In this document: one piece after another, positions 9,482 through 18,626 of the stretch
How the letters are laid out: each line of letters starts with the position of its first letter
Position numbering within the stretch: position 1 is the first letter of the stretch
Assembly: GCF_003945235.1 (NCBI RefSeq)
Contig: NZ_RSDW01000001.1
Span: forward strand, 4,740,001 to 4,772,000
From: Edaphobacter aggregans
Lineage (GTDB): Bacteria; Acidobacteriota; Terriglobia; Terriglobales; Acidobacteriaceae
Length of the DNA: 32,000 nt
Direction of reading: 5' to 3'
The notes under the pieces: generated by a model
What the model was told of the DNA's origin: nothing
Databases searched by the model: none
The model's input: the letters and a program-made list of their open reading frames with translations, nothing else
Translations under genes and position numbers: made by a program

Positions 9482-10675
9482 CTATCGGCTTCCTCCAATT
9501 CGCCCCAGACCCATGCCGATGATGTACGTGACCACTCCTTCGAGCGCACCAATCCAAGTCATTTCGAATCCACTGCTCCACCATGCGCGAATTGTTATCA
9601 GGGACTTTGCAGCTCCTACTGCGAAATGCGCGATGAGCGAGACGATCGCGGCGACAATCACTGCTGGTATACCCGTCATAAAGAAGAAGGGAATGATCGG
9701 GATCAAGGCCCCAATGGCTGTGGATAAGGCACCCGAGACGGCGGAGACCATCGGTTTACTCAATCCTTCCTCAGTCGTGGTGAGGCGTTCCCGCGCGAGT
9801 GCCTTGATGAGTTGTTCCCTGTCCTTTGCGAGGTGATCGACGAATCGTTCCGCGTCTTCCTCCGGCAAGCCTCGGATTTGGTAGCTGAGGGAGAGCACCT
9901 CACGAGCTTCAGCTTCGTTGTCCTCGACGGCCTCCCGCTCCCTTGCAAACTCCGCCTCAAATATCTCTCGCTCGCTTTTTGCGGCCAGATACGCTCCTGA
10001 CCCCATCGATAACGCACTGGCGACCATACCGGCCAGGCCTGCAATGAGAACGAAGTGGCTATTGCCCAGTGTCGCTCCCGAGACGCCAGAGACAATGCCG
10101 AAGATCGACCCAAGTCCATCGTTGATGCCGTAGATTGCGTCTCCAACCCAGCCAGCCGCTTGTGTTTGACTGTTTTCACGGGTGGCCAGCAGATCATCGA
10201 GCGCCTCCTGCGCCTGCTCGGGAGGCATTTCAGGCAGAGGGCGACGCGAACGGATGAGATTGCCTAGCGTCTGATAGTGTTCCCGTTCGTCCGCAATCAC
10301 CTCTTCCAGGATTGCAATGCTGGATTGGTCGCGAAGGGCTTTCAACTGCTTTCCATACTTGGCGATGTCGCGGCCTTCGTCGATCTCGAGTCGGCGGAGT
10401 GCCAGATCAGTCCCGCCCACTCGATTTGCCAACGAGTCGGCCTGTCCTGACAGGTCGCCGACGTATTGAGGTGGTGGTGCGCCTAGCTCCTGAATACGTC
10501 GAGCCCACAGATCGGCATGATGTTTCTCCGCAGCGGCTAGACCCCGCAAAGCGTTCCTGCGTTGCGGATCGACTTCGCCTTTTGCAAAGGCAGTGTAGGT
10601 ATAGTGCCCCTCCATCTCGGCTTGCCAGTTGGCCTCCAACGCCGCTAGAAGCTTTTTGTTGTCCGAATTGACCAT
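9482..10675 (-). CDS. VIT1/CCC1-family iron/manganese transporter with N-terminal ferritin-like (rubrerythrin-type) domain
   Basis: ATG at 10675 follows AAGGAGA. N-terminal ExxH pairs (EMEGHY, AEKHH, DEREHY). C-terminal VIT1 core DAIYGINDGLGSIFGIVSGVSGA plus 4-5 TM segments. Confidence 0.85.
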   Translation of the reverse strand: MVNSDNKKLLAALEANWQAEMEGHYTYTAFAKGEVDPQRRNALRGLAAAEKHHADLWARRIQELGAPPPQYVGDLSGQADSLANRVGGTDLALRRLEIDEGRDIAKYGKQLKALRDQSSIAILEEVIADEREHYQTLGNLIRSRRPLPEMPPEQAQEALDDLLATRENSQTQAAGWVGDAIYGINDGLGSIFGIVSGVSGATLGNSHFVLIAGLAGMVASALSMGSGAYLAAKSEREIFEAEFAREREAVEDNEAEAREVLSLSYQIRGLPEEDAERFVDHLAKDREQLIKALARERLTTTEEGLSKPMVSAVSGALSTAIGALIPIIPFFFMTGIPAVIVAAIVSLIAHFAVGAAKSLITIRAWWSSGFEMTWIGALEGVVTYIIGMGLGRIGGSR

Positions 10676-10718
10676 GGGTATCTCCTTATCGTTTAGGCGA
10701 ACTCCCGCGATTGAACAT

Positions 10719-11216
10719 CTACTCAACTTCCGACTTTCTTTCCCAATTGAAGCGTCTGCCGAGAATTCCCTTTACGATCAGGTGGTCGGTTCCGGCGGTG
10801 GGACCTGCACCGACGCCAATGTTGATCTCGCATTTCGGCAAGACATTGAGGTCGATTACCGCGAAGATCTGCTGCTGCTGGTCATGCAACGCATCAAAAG
10901 CTCCAATGCGCCAGTAATCAGCGTAGTATTTTGAGCACTGCTGATCTGACGAGTGAAAGCGTAGCTGATCTTGACGCTGGACGAGAAGCCGAGTGCCTGC
11001 TCTACGTCGGGACCACACCACGTGCGCTCAATCGCCGGGTTGAAGGCGAGGTACCAGCGCCCGACGGTTATATCGATAATGGGACGGATCTCGCATGTTC
11101 AGGTATCCGGAGAATAGATGACTCGTTGGTAGCCGACCTCGGTCGACAGACTGAGTCCTACGAGAAGGTGCCAGCTATCCGGCACTCTCAGGATTTTCCA
11201 TCTACCGAAATTCGCA
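10719..11216 (-). pseudogene. Disrupted outer-membrane beta-barrel-like gene (5'-truncated, in-frame stop, frameshift)
   Basis: The minus strand reads GRWKILRVPDSWHLLVGLSLSTEVGYQRVIYSPDT, then TGA (11099-11101). It continues in the same frame with EIRPIIDITVGRWYLAFNPAIERTW...VKISYAFTRQ. A frameshift near 10930-10950 leads into YYADYWRIGAFDAL...CEINIGVGAGPTAGTDHLIVKGILGRRFNW. The alternating beta-strand pattern and aromatic C-terminus fit a barrel. The upstream part is cut off by the stop of gene 11217. Confidence 0.4.
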
Positions 11217-12602
11217 CTATTTCCCGGTGTAGGTCACGCGCCAGATGCTGCGAGAACCATCATCTGTAACGTAGAGAGCGCCATCGTGCCCTACAGCTAC
11301 TCCTACCGGTCTGCCCCAGACCTGTCCATCTGCAGTGACGAACCCGGTAAGAAAATCCTCGTACTCGCCCGTGGCTTTGCCGTTCTTCATCGGGATTCGG
11401 ATGACCTCGTAGCCTCCGCGATTAGCACGGTTCCAGGACCCGTGTTCGGCGGCGAATCCGTCACCGTCATATTGGGACGGGAAGGTGGATTTACTGGTAG
11501 GGTAAAAGGTCATTCCGAGCGACGCCATGTGGGGTTGAACCAGAACATCGGGGGTAATGACCTTGGACTTGAGTTCAGGATGGGTGCCCATAAGTCGCGG
11601 ATCCTGATGACCCCCCATATAGAACCAGGGCCAACCATAGAAGCCGCCTTCCTTAACTGAGGTCACATAATCTGGAACCAGATTGTTTCCCAGGGCGTCG
11701 CGCTCGTTGGTTGAACACCAGAGCTGACCCGTAACAGAGTTGATCGCTTCGCCGACGCAGTTACGAATACCGTAGGCGTACACCTCGACAAATTTGCCCT
11801 CAGGGGTGTACTCCAGCACATCCGCACGATGGAACTCTTTGGGATGGGTGTCAGGATCATCGGCGTTCGATCCACTTCCAACCGACACGAGCATATGCTT
11901 GCCGTCAGCGGAGAAGACAACGTCCCGCGTCCAGTGGCCACCGCCACGGAGTTGGGCATAGCCGGGGATATCGGGCACGATTGTCTCAGGCGCGTTGGTT
12001 GCCTTTAAATCTCCGGACTTGTAGGCGAATCTAACGACGGTCGTGGCGTTTCCGACGTAGATCCATTGAGGATTCGGGCCGGAGGGGTAAAACGCGATGC
12101 CAAAGGGGTGATCGAGGCCAGTAGCAAAGCTGCTGACGGTGGATGCCTTACCGGCGGCGGTTACGCCGCGCAGCACAAATATGGAGCCAGCCTGCGAGTC
12201 CGCCACGAAGAGATCGCCATTGGGTGCAGTGTGGATGATACGAGGCATCACGAAAGTTCCAGAGGTGGGCGGGTGCGTTTCTTTCTTGTTTTCGGATCGC
12301 TGCATTGGAGTGGCTGCATCGCCGCCCGCATAAAGCTGAACCGTAAATCCCGGAGGAGCGATGGGCCATGCACCCTCAGGCCTTTGGACAAGACTGGGGC
12401 CGTTGTCGACCGATTCAGACGGTTTAGGTTCAGGTAGATCGGCCACGGTGATCTTGCGCCGGACGCCCGGTTTCTGCTGTGTGTAGTCGGCGAAGGCGGC
12501 CTGGCCGGTGATCGTCTGTTGCGCATGGAGCGCCAAAGGAAGAAGCGTGGTCACGACGAAAGGAGCTAATACGTGGAACTTTGCGAAGGGCGAACGTCTC
12601 AT
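11217..12602 (-). CDS. PQQ-dependent sugar (glucose/sorbosone) dehydrogenase family protein, secreted
   Basis: ATG 12602 follows GGGAGA. Signal peptide MRRSPFAKFHVLAPFVVTTLLPLALHAQQ. Beta-propeller motifs GGHWTRDVVFSADGKHMLVSVGSGSN, YAYGIRNCVG, GGFYGWPW. Confidence 0.85.
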   Translation of the reverse strand: MRRSPFAKFHVLAPFVVTTLLPLALHAQQTITGQAAFADYTQQKPGVRRKITVADLPEPKPSESVDNGPSLVQRPEGAWPIAPPGFTVQLYAGGDAATPMQRSENKKETHPPTSGTFVMPRIIHTAPNGDLFVADSQAGSIFVLRGVTAAGKASTVSSFATGLDHPFGIAFYPSGPNPQWIYVGNATTVVRFAYKSGDLKATNAPETIVPDIPGYAQLRGGGHWTRDVVFSADGKHMLVSVGSGSNADDPDTHPKEFHRADVLEYTPEGKFVEVYAYGIRNCVGEAINSVTGQLWCSTNERDALGNNLVPDYVTSVKEGGFYGWPWFYMGGHQDPRLMGTHPELKSKVITPDVLVQPHMASLGMTFYPTSKSTFPSQYDGDGFAAEHGSWNRANRGGYEVIRIPMKNGKATGEYEDFLTGFVTADGQVWGRPVGVAVGHDGALYVTDDGSRSIWRVTYTGK

Positions 12603-12684
12603 GGTTTCATCTCCCGAATCCGTAGTTTTGCGACAGTCCATCGAGCAGTATTGAGCAGAGAGCAACCCAAGCGGGGCAGCAGCT

Positions 12685-13572
12685 TTAGCCCCGCAGGCTT
12701 GCAGGCGTATGGCTTACGGCGGACAACTGGTTGTACGCGGACTGAGGGAGTTCGAGACCCGCAGCAGCGATATTCTCCTCCAGGTGCTTGATCGAAGATG
12801 TTCCGGGGATAGGCAGAATCACCTTAGACCGTTTGAGCAGCCACGCCAAGGCGACCTGCAAAGGAGTTGCATCAAGATCTTTCGCAACTTTCTTAATGGC
12901 ATCGTGTGCCTCCTTTGCCTGACCCAGGGGAGCCCACGGAAGGAAAGCGATGTTGTTCTGCTCGCAATAATCAACGATGAAGTCTGACTCCCGGTCGGCG
13001 AAGCTGTAGCGGTTTTGCACAGAGACAATCGGCACGATTTTGCGAGCCCTCTCAATATGTTCACGAGTCACATTCGAGAGCGCGACATGACGTATCCTAC
13101 CTTGCTCGCGCAGTCTGGCCAGTGCTTCGACCGAAGCCTCGAAGGAGACAGCATTATCGGGGGCGTGCAGTTGATAAACATCAACTCGGTCCAGGCGCAG
13201 ACGTTTCAGACTCCCCTCAAGCGCTTTGGTGAGATGTTTCGGGCTGGCATTATGCGTCCATTGGCCGGGGCCTGGACGTTCCCATCCACCCTTGGTTGCG
13301 ATCACTAATCCAGCCGGATATGGGTAGAGTGCCTCTGCGATCAGCTCTTCGGATGTGCCAGGACCGTAGGAGTCGGCCGTATCAATCAGGTTCACTCCGA
13401 GTTCAATCGCCTGCCGAAGCGTCGCCAGCGCAGCGGCCTTGTCTGCGGGGGGTCCCCACACGCCTGGTCCCGTGATGCGCATCGCGCCATAGCCCATCCG
13501 GTTAACCGTGAGATCACCACCGATGGTGAATGTGCCGGCAGCTGCGGCTGAAAGAGTCGGTTCCTTATTCAT
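12685..13572 (-). CDS. Aldo/keto reductase
   Basis: ATG 13572 follows AAGGAG. AKR motifs MGYGAMRITG, IDTADSYG, LVIATKGG, VDVYQLHAP, VQNRYS, IPGTSSIKHLEENI. Confidence 0.9.
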   Translation of the reverse strand: MNKEPTLSAAAAGTFTIGGDLTVNRMGYGAMRITGPGVWGPPADKAAALATLRQAIELGVNLIDTADSYGPGTSEELIAEALYPYPAGLVIATKGGWERPGPGQWTHNASPKHLTKALEGSLKRLRLDRVDVYQLHAPDNAVSFEASVEALARLREQGRIRHVALSNVTREHIERARKIVPIVSVQNRYSFADRESDFIVDYCEQNNIAFLPWAPLGQAKEAHDAIKKVAKDLDATPLQVALAWLLKRSKVILPIPGTSSIKHLEENIAAAGLELPQSAYNQLSAVSHTPASLRG

Positions 13573-13667
13573 AAAACTTCTCCTTTTCGTCTTGAGAACG
13601 AGCGAATTATTTGGTTTTGCTTCCTATGTACTCTCCAAGTGGTTCCTGATTGACTCTGGCGAGTAGA

Positions 13668-13683
13668 TGTACTGTACAGTACA
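13668..13683. promoter_or_regulatory. Perfect 16-bp palindrome TGTACTGTACAGTACA; candidate TetR operator in the AKR/TetR divergent region
   Basis: Self-complementarity checked base by base. It runs into (TACAG)x3 at 13675-13689. A TTGACT -35-like hexamer at 13650-13655 would place a -10 inside the palindrome. Confidence 0.5.
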
Positions 13684-13827
13684 GTACAGTAAGATGCATC
13701 TGGCGGCAAATTCGACGCCTGGCAGTCCAGAAGAAAGAGGGGCGCATAAAATGCTGTTAATACAGGAGAACTCAGGCTGTGGATCGCATTGAATATTTTT
13801 CTGACGAATTCCAGGGCGGGGAGATGA

Positions 13828-14448
13828 ATGCCTAACAAGCGGTCGCGGGGAGAGGTTCGAAACGGCAAGCTTCAAAAAGTCGCAGCAGAGCTGTTTCTGA
13901 AGCGCGGCTACGAGGGCGTCTCCATCGACAAGATTGTCGAGTTGGCGGGCGGTTCGAAGAGTACGGTCTACAGCAAATTCGGCGGGAAGTGCGGGCTGTT
14001 CATCAGCAGTATTGAGAACCTGTGCCGCGAGTCGAACGAACCGCTCACGCAGATCGATTACACAGGCTTAAACCTTGAAGAGAGCCTCAAGAAGCTCTCT
14101 TTTCACATCCTGAAGCTCATCACTGCAAAACGGTCCGTGGAGCTTCATCGTCTCGCCATTGGCGAGGCCGTAAACTGCCCCGAAGTAGGAGAGGCATGGT
14201 ATACGCACGGTCCCGCCAGAACGACCTCGTTCATACGAGCTCTGTTGGAAAGTCGTCGCAACGAGCTGCGAAAGACAACGATTCCAATTGAACGGATGGC
14301 GGTAATCCTTCACGACTCATTGACAGGAGACATCCTCTACCGCCTGTTGGCAGGAGTCGGTAAACATGAAAATGATGAAGAGCTCGAGCGATTGGCTTGC
14401 GCTGCCGTCGACGTCATTCTAGGGAACGTTTGTAGCAACGTGGCTTAA
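13828..14448 (+). CDS. TetR/AcrR-family transcriptional regulator
   Basis: N-terminal HTH KLQKVAAELFLKRGYEGVSIDKIVELAGGSKSTVYSKFGGK. Helical C-terminal ligand domain. Divergent from the AKR gene. Confidence 0.9.
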   Translation: MPNKRSRGEVRNGKLQKVAAELFLKRGYEGVSIDKIVELAGGSKSTVYSKFGGKCGLFISSIENLCRESNEPLTQIDYTGLNLEESLKKLSFHILKLITAKRSVELHRLAIGEAVNCPEVGEAWYTHGPARTTSFIRALLESRRNELRKTTIPIERMAVILHDSLTGDILYRLLAGVGKHENDEELERLACAAVDVILGNVCSNVA

Positions 14449-14956
14449 GGGCCGAGATTCGGAATTCTCGATTGTTGCAAAATCGCCGAGTCACTCGCCG
14501 AACACTGCGGGCGAAATTTTGGACTTCGGAGTTCTGCGAGCATGATGGCAACCCGGAAGCGATCTCAACTTCCTGATTGCCGACCACCTACCCGGAACAC
14601 CTAAGGCCCCCGCCTAGGGCTCAAAAAGTGCCTTGCCCCGTTAGCGCAACTGAGATTTTAGCCAGCCACTCAATGCGCTCCCTTTACGCTCGTAAAGCGA
14701 TTTTGCCTAGCACGGCTAACTCTACTTATGTACTCGCCTCCGAATGCCTGAAGAGTCTCAACTCTGAACCCAATTCGTTCTGCAGGTTCTCGCGTTCCGG
14801 GGGCCAAGAGTTCGTTCGTCACGTCGGTGCATCACAGTCGACAACGCAGCCCTGTAGGTGCGTGAATACTTTCAGGGGCCGGATTCCACGAACGTTGGAC
14901 GATTGGCGAATTACTCAAATACAGTTGCTGAGTACAGTTTGATTGGGCGGAGCCTT

Positions 14957-17900
14957 ATGGAGTCTTTTGATAAGAATGAAGCTCTTGAGGGGCCAGACAC
15001 GATTGAGAGCCGGCTTCGGCTCGTAATCGACACCATCCCCTGTCTAATCCTGCGCGCTAAGCCTGACGGCGCATTCGACTTCATCAATCAGCGCTGGCTG
15101 GAATTTACAGGGCTCACATTGGAGGAGGTACAGGGCTGGGGCTGGCGCGCTGCCCTTCATCCTGAGGATGCCGGAAGAGTCGTGAGGGATTGGCGTGCGG
15201 CTTTGGCTGAGGGGGAGCCCTTCGAGACTGAAGCACGCATTCGTCGTGTTGACGGAGCGTATCGCTGGTTTCTGCTTCGTAACGTACCCCTGCGAGATGA
15301 ACTGAAACGCATTGTTCAGTGGTATGGAACAGGTCACGACACTGAGGATCTGAAACAAGCCAAAGATCGCCTCATGCTCGCGATCGACACGACTCCCGCG
15401 CTGTTACACACTGGCCGTCCTGACGGGTACCTCGATTACTTTAATCGTCGCTGGTTAGAGTACCTGGGACTTTCTTTGGACGATATATGCGGCTGGCGGT
15501 GGACCAGGGCGATTCATCCCGACGACGTTGAGGAGATGGTTAAGAATTGGCGCTTGTGTCTGGCAACGGGAGAACCGTTCGAAGCCGAAGCTCGAGTGCG
15601 ACGGGCAGATGGAGAATACCGCTGGCAATTCCACCGCAAAGTATCGCTGCTCGGCCCATCGGGCGCAATCGTCAAGTGGTATGGGTCCAGTATTGACATC
15701 GAAGACCGAAGGCGCGCCGAAGATGGGTTGCGTAGAAGCGAGTTTTATCTCGCGGAGGGGCAGCGCATCGCGCACGTCGGAAGCTGGGCCTTCGGTCCTG
15801 AAGGATTCGACTACTGGTCTCCTGAATTATTTCGGATGTACGGCCTCGATCCGGGCAGCAAAGCACCCGGTGTCCAGGAATACCTAGACTGTATCCACCC
15901 ACAAGACCGTGAATCGATGGCGAGCCTGATCGAGCTTGTCCTGACGGAAGCCTTGGCCTTCGATACCACTAAGCGCATCGTGCGACCCGATGGTGAGGTC
16001 CGCTACATACGCTGTGTCAGCGCTCCTATTGTCGATAATCAAAGCCTCAAAAAGTATATCGGCAGCGCCATAGACGTTACAGAGCACGTGTTGTTAACCC
16101 AGGAACTCCAACGCCGGGAAGCTTACTTGGCGGAAGCTCAGCGCCTTAGTCAGACTGGCAGCTTCGGGTGGAGACCCGATAGCGGAGAGATTGTCTGGTC
16201 AGACGAAACCTATCGTATCTTCGAGTTCGACTGCACACTAAAGCTAACAATGGATTCCTTGGTGCGACGTGTACATCCCGATGATCGCCCCGACTTTCTG
16301 AAGGTTATCGAGAGTGCCTCCACGGGGGCGACACAGTTCGAGCATACCTATCGTTTGCTGATGCCTGACGGGAGTGTCAAGCACGTCCACGCCCTGGCCC
16401 ACGCATCACAAGATGCATCCGGCAACCGAGAGTTTGTCGGGGCGGCAACCGACGTTACGTCGATCAAACGAGCGGAACAGGAACTCCGCAAAAGCGAAGC
16501 GTACTTGGCAGAAGCACAGAGGCTCAGCCACACCGGCAGTTGGGCCTGGAACGCTACGACCGGTGAACCCGGTTACTGGTCGGAGGAGTGCTATCGCGTG
16601 TTGGGTTTTGACCCCGCTGAGCCACTACCGCCACTCGAAACATTTTTTCAGCGGATCCAACCGGATGACCATCGGGCCGCAGTCCGGGAGCAGTTCGAAA
16701 GAGCCATCCGCGACAAAGCGGAGCTTGAACTGGATTTGAGTTTCGTGCACCCCATCACTGGAATCAGGAACCTCCACTCCGTAAGCCATGCGGTCCTCGA
16801 CCAATGCGGCGACTTGCGTGAAATAGTGGGGACCGTGATCGACATTACCGAGAGCAAGCGTGCGGAACAGACTTTGCGTCAAAGCGAAGCGGAGCTTCGA
16901 CAGCTTATTGATGTGATTCCACAACAGGTCGTCGTTTTCGACTCGGACTGGGGACCTTTGTTTGCGAACGAGCGAGAGTTGGAATACACCGGGCTTACTC
17001 GGCAAGAGGCGCAGTCGGGAGACGCGATTGCCAGAATCTTTCATCCGGAAGATCTACAGAAGCTAGAGTTTCTTCGAAAACGAGCACTCACCGACGGCTC
17101 CTCGTTTGAGATGGAAGCACGAATCAAAGGGAATGACGGGCAATTCCGCTGGTTTCTGATTCGAGATAATCCGCTGCGAGATGAAGATGGTCGCGTCGTT
17201 CGGTGGTATGGCACGCGCACCGACATCGAGGATCGCAAACGAGCCGAGGGCAGTCTGCAACAGGCTCTCGAAGAAATTAAGACGTTGAGGGACCAGCTCT
17301 ACAAAGAGAACATCGCGTTACGTGAAGAGATTGACAAGACATCCATGTTCGAGGAGATCGTGGGCGCTTCGCCTGCATTGAAGGCCGTCCTCGTGAAGGT
17401 CGCCAAGGTCGCGCCGACCGACTCCACCGTTCTGATCACGGGCGAAACCGGCACCGGCAAGGAACTGATCGCGCGAGCTATCCACAAGCGGTCAAAGCGT
17501 TCAGCACGAGCGTTTGTGAGTGTGAACTGCGCGGCAGTCCCGCGTGACTTGATCGCGTCGGAGTTGTTCGGCCATGAGAAGGGGGCTTTTACTGGCGCGA
17601 CCCAGCGACGCCTTGGCCGGTTTGAATTGGCCGAAGGAGGCACAATCTTCCTCGACGAGATCGGGGAACTTCCTCTGGAGACACAGATCGCTCTCTTGCG
17701 GGTTCTACAGGAGCGCGAGTTCGAGCGGGTCGGGGGAAACCAGCCGATTCGCGCTGAGGTGCGAGTGATCGCCGCAACGAACCGCGACCTGGAGGCGGCC
17801 ATTGCCGCAAGCACTTTTCGCAGTGACCTCTATTACCGGCTCAACGTCTTTCCGGTCGAAATTCCCCCTCTGCGCGAGCGGGGAGATGACATTCCCTTGC

Positions 17901-18310
17901 TCGTCGAATACTTCATCGACCGCTACGCAAGGAAAGCGGGAAAAAGCATACGTCGGATCAACAAGCGGAGCCTGGAGTTGCTACAGGCTTATCCTTGGCC
18001 TGGCAATATACGCGAATTGCAAAACATCGTCGAGCGATCGGTGATCGTATGTGAGACGGAAAATTTCTCGATCGACGAGAGTTGGCTGTCGCGGCGGCCT
18101 CACGCCAACAGTTCAGGTGAGCCTGAACTCACGCAAAAGCTTGCCGCGAAGGAGAAAGAGATGATTGAGACTGCCTTGAAAGAGTGCGGCGGACGCGTGT
18201 TCGGGCCCTTGGGTGCGGCTGCAAAGCTCGGGATGCCACGGTCTACCCTCGAGTCCAGGATCAGATCGCTGAAGATCGACAAGAACCGCTTCAAACCTGC
18301 CGCGGTCTGA
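14957..18310 (+). CDS. Sigma-54-dependent transcriptional activator (bEBP) with six N-terminal PAS domains, an AAA+ sigma-54 interaction domain and a Fis-type HTH
   Basis: Walker A GETGTGKE. The GAFTGA loop is present as EKGAFTGA. Walker B GTIFLDEIGEL. Also RVIAATNRDL and YRLNVFPVEIPPLRER. C-terminal HTH AAAKLGMPRSTLESRIRSLKI. Six PAS units are separated by DI(E/T)xxKRAE linkers. The start is uncertain: ATG 14957 was chosen and GTG 14858 is possible. Confidence 0.9.
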   Translation: MESFDKNEALEGPDTIESRLRLVIDTIPCLILRAKPDGAFDFINQRWLEFTGLTLEEVQGWGWRAALHPEDAGRVVRDWRAALAEGEPFETEARIRRVDGAYRWFLLRNVPLRDELKRIVQWYGTGHDTEDLKQAKDRLMLAIDTTPALLHTGRPDGYLDYFNRRWLEYLGLSLDDICGWRWTRAIHPDDVEEMVKNWRLCLATGEPFEAEARVRRADGEYRWQFHRKVSLLGPSGAIVKWYGSSIDIEDRRRAEDGLRRSEFYLAEGQRIAHVGSWAFGPEGFDYWSPELFRMYGLDPGSKAPGVQEYLDCIHPQDRESMASLIELVLTEALAFDTTKRIVRPDGEVRYIRCVSAPIVDNQSLKKYIGSAIDVTEHVLLTQELQRREAYLAEAQRLSQTGSFGWRPDSGEIVWSDETYRIFEFDCTLKLTMDSLVRRVHPDDRPDFLKVIESASTGATQFEHTYRLLMPDGSVKHVHALAHASQDASGNREFVGAATDVTSIKRAEQELRKSEAYLAEAQRLSHTGSWAWNATTGEPGYWSEECYRVLGFDPAEPLPPLETFFQRIQPDDHRAAVREQFERAIRDKAELELDLSFVHPITGIRNLHSVSHAVLDQCGDLREIVGTVIDITESKRAEQTLRQSEAELRQLIDVIPQQVVVFDSDWGPLFANERELEYTGLTRQEAQSGDAIARIFHPEDLQKLEFLRKRALTDGSSFEMEARIKGNDGQFRWFLIRDNPLRDEDGRVVRWYGTRTDIEDRKRAEGSLQQALEEIKTLRDQLYKENIALREEIDKTSMFEEIVGASPALKAVLVKVAKVAPTDSTVLITGETGTGKELIARAIHKRSKRSARAFVSVNCAAVPRDLIASELFGHEKGAFTGATQRRLGRFELAEGGTIFLDEIGELPLETQIALLRVLQEREFERVGGNQPIRAEVRVIAATNRDLEAAIAASTFRSDLYYRLNVFPVEIPPLRERGDDIPLLVEYFIDRYARKAGKSIRRINKRSLELLQAYPWPGNIRELQNIVERSVIVCETENFSIDESWLSRRPHANSSGEPELTQKLAAKEKEMIETALKECGGRVFGPLGAAAKLGMPRSTLESRIRSLKIDKNRFKPAAV

Positions 18311-18337
18311 AATACTTTTGGCATCGCCATTCGGGTA

Positions 18338-18598
18338 CTAGGTGTTTCTTTCTCTCTCAATCCACTCGCGGATGTATGCCGGGATGTTCCTGAGCTTGAT
18401 GCTGTCGGATTCACAACGTTCGAGAAACCGGACGGCATCTCTATCTACAAGAGTCAGATCCTTCAGGTCTAGGACCATCTTGCGGCCCTCAGCCTCGTTG
18501 CGGAAGAGTGCCTCCAATATGGCTGTCTGTTCCGTATCCATCCGACCGCTCAAGGCGAAGATGACTTCCCCGTTCGCCAATCTCTGAACCTTCAGCAT
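18338..18598 (-). CDS. Small STAS-like (anti-sigma-antagonist fold) protein
   Basis: 86 aa from ATG 18598 (GAGAGG lies 8 nt upstream). MLKVQRLANGEVIFALSGRMD...MVLDLKDLTLVDRDAVRFLERCE fits the STAS pattern of strand, helix and a 'LDL..v..iDs.g' segment. Convergent with the bEBP gene. Confidence 0.55.
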   Translation of the reverse strand: MLKVQRLANGEVIFALSGRMDTEQTAILEALFRNEAEGRKMVLDLKDLTLVDRDAVRFLERCESDSIKLRNIPAYIREWIERERNT

Positions 18599-18626
18599 CC
18601 GGCGTGCCTCTCGGCCCGATACCAAC

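Noticed and set aside
12671-12694. 7-bp GC hairpin GCGGGGC/GCCCCGC at the end of the aldo-keto reductase gene, considered as a terminator.
   Set aside because: The stop codon sits inside the loop, and the trailing sequence (TTGGGTTGC on the minus strand) is not a proper U-tract. Too weak to call.
14495-14520. 5-bp hairpin TCGCC/GGCGA followed by AATTTT after the TetR gene.
   Set aside because: The stem is too short and the loop too long (10 nt) for a confident intrinsic terminator.
14920-14930. The 11-mer TACAGTTGCTG is shared between the upstream regions of both PAS-containing genes (also at 475-485).
   Set aside because: With about 5e8 position pairs in 32 kb, exact 11-mer matches are expected many times by chance. 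There is no extended similarity around either copy.
14577-14942. 121-aa ORF in the 508-bp region upstream of the bEBP gene.
   Set aside because: It has a non-ATG start, no RBS and no recognisable motif, and its composition is unlike neighbouring genes. The region is more likely the promoter/leader of the bEBP gene.
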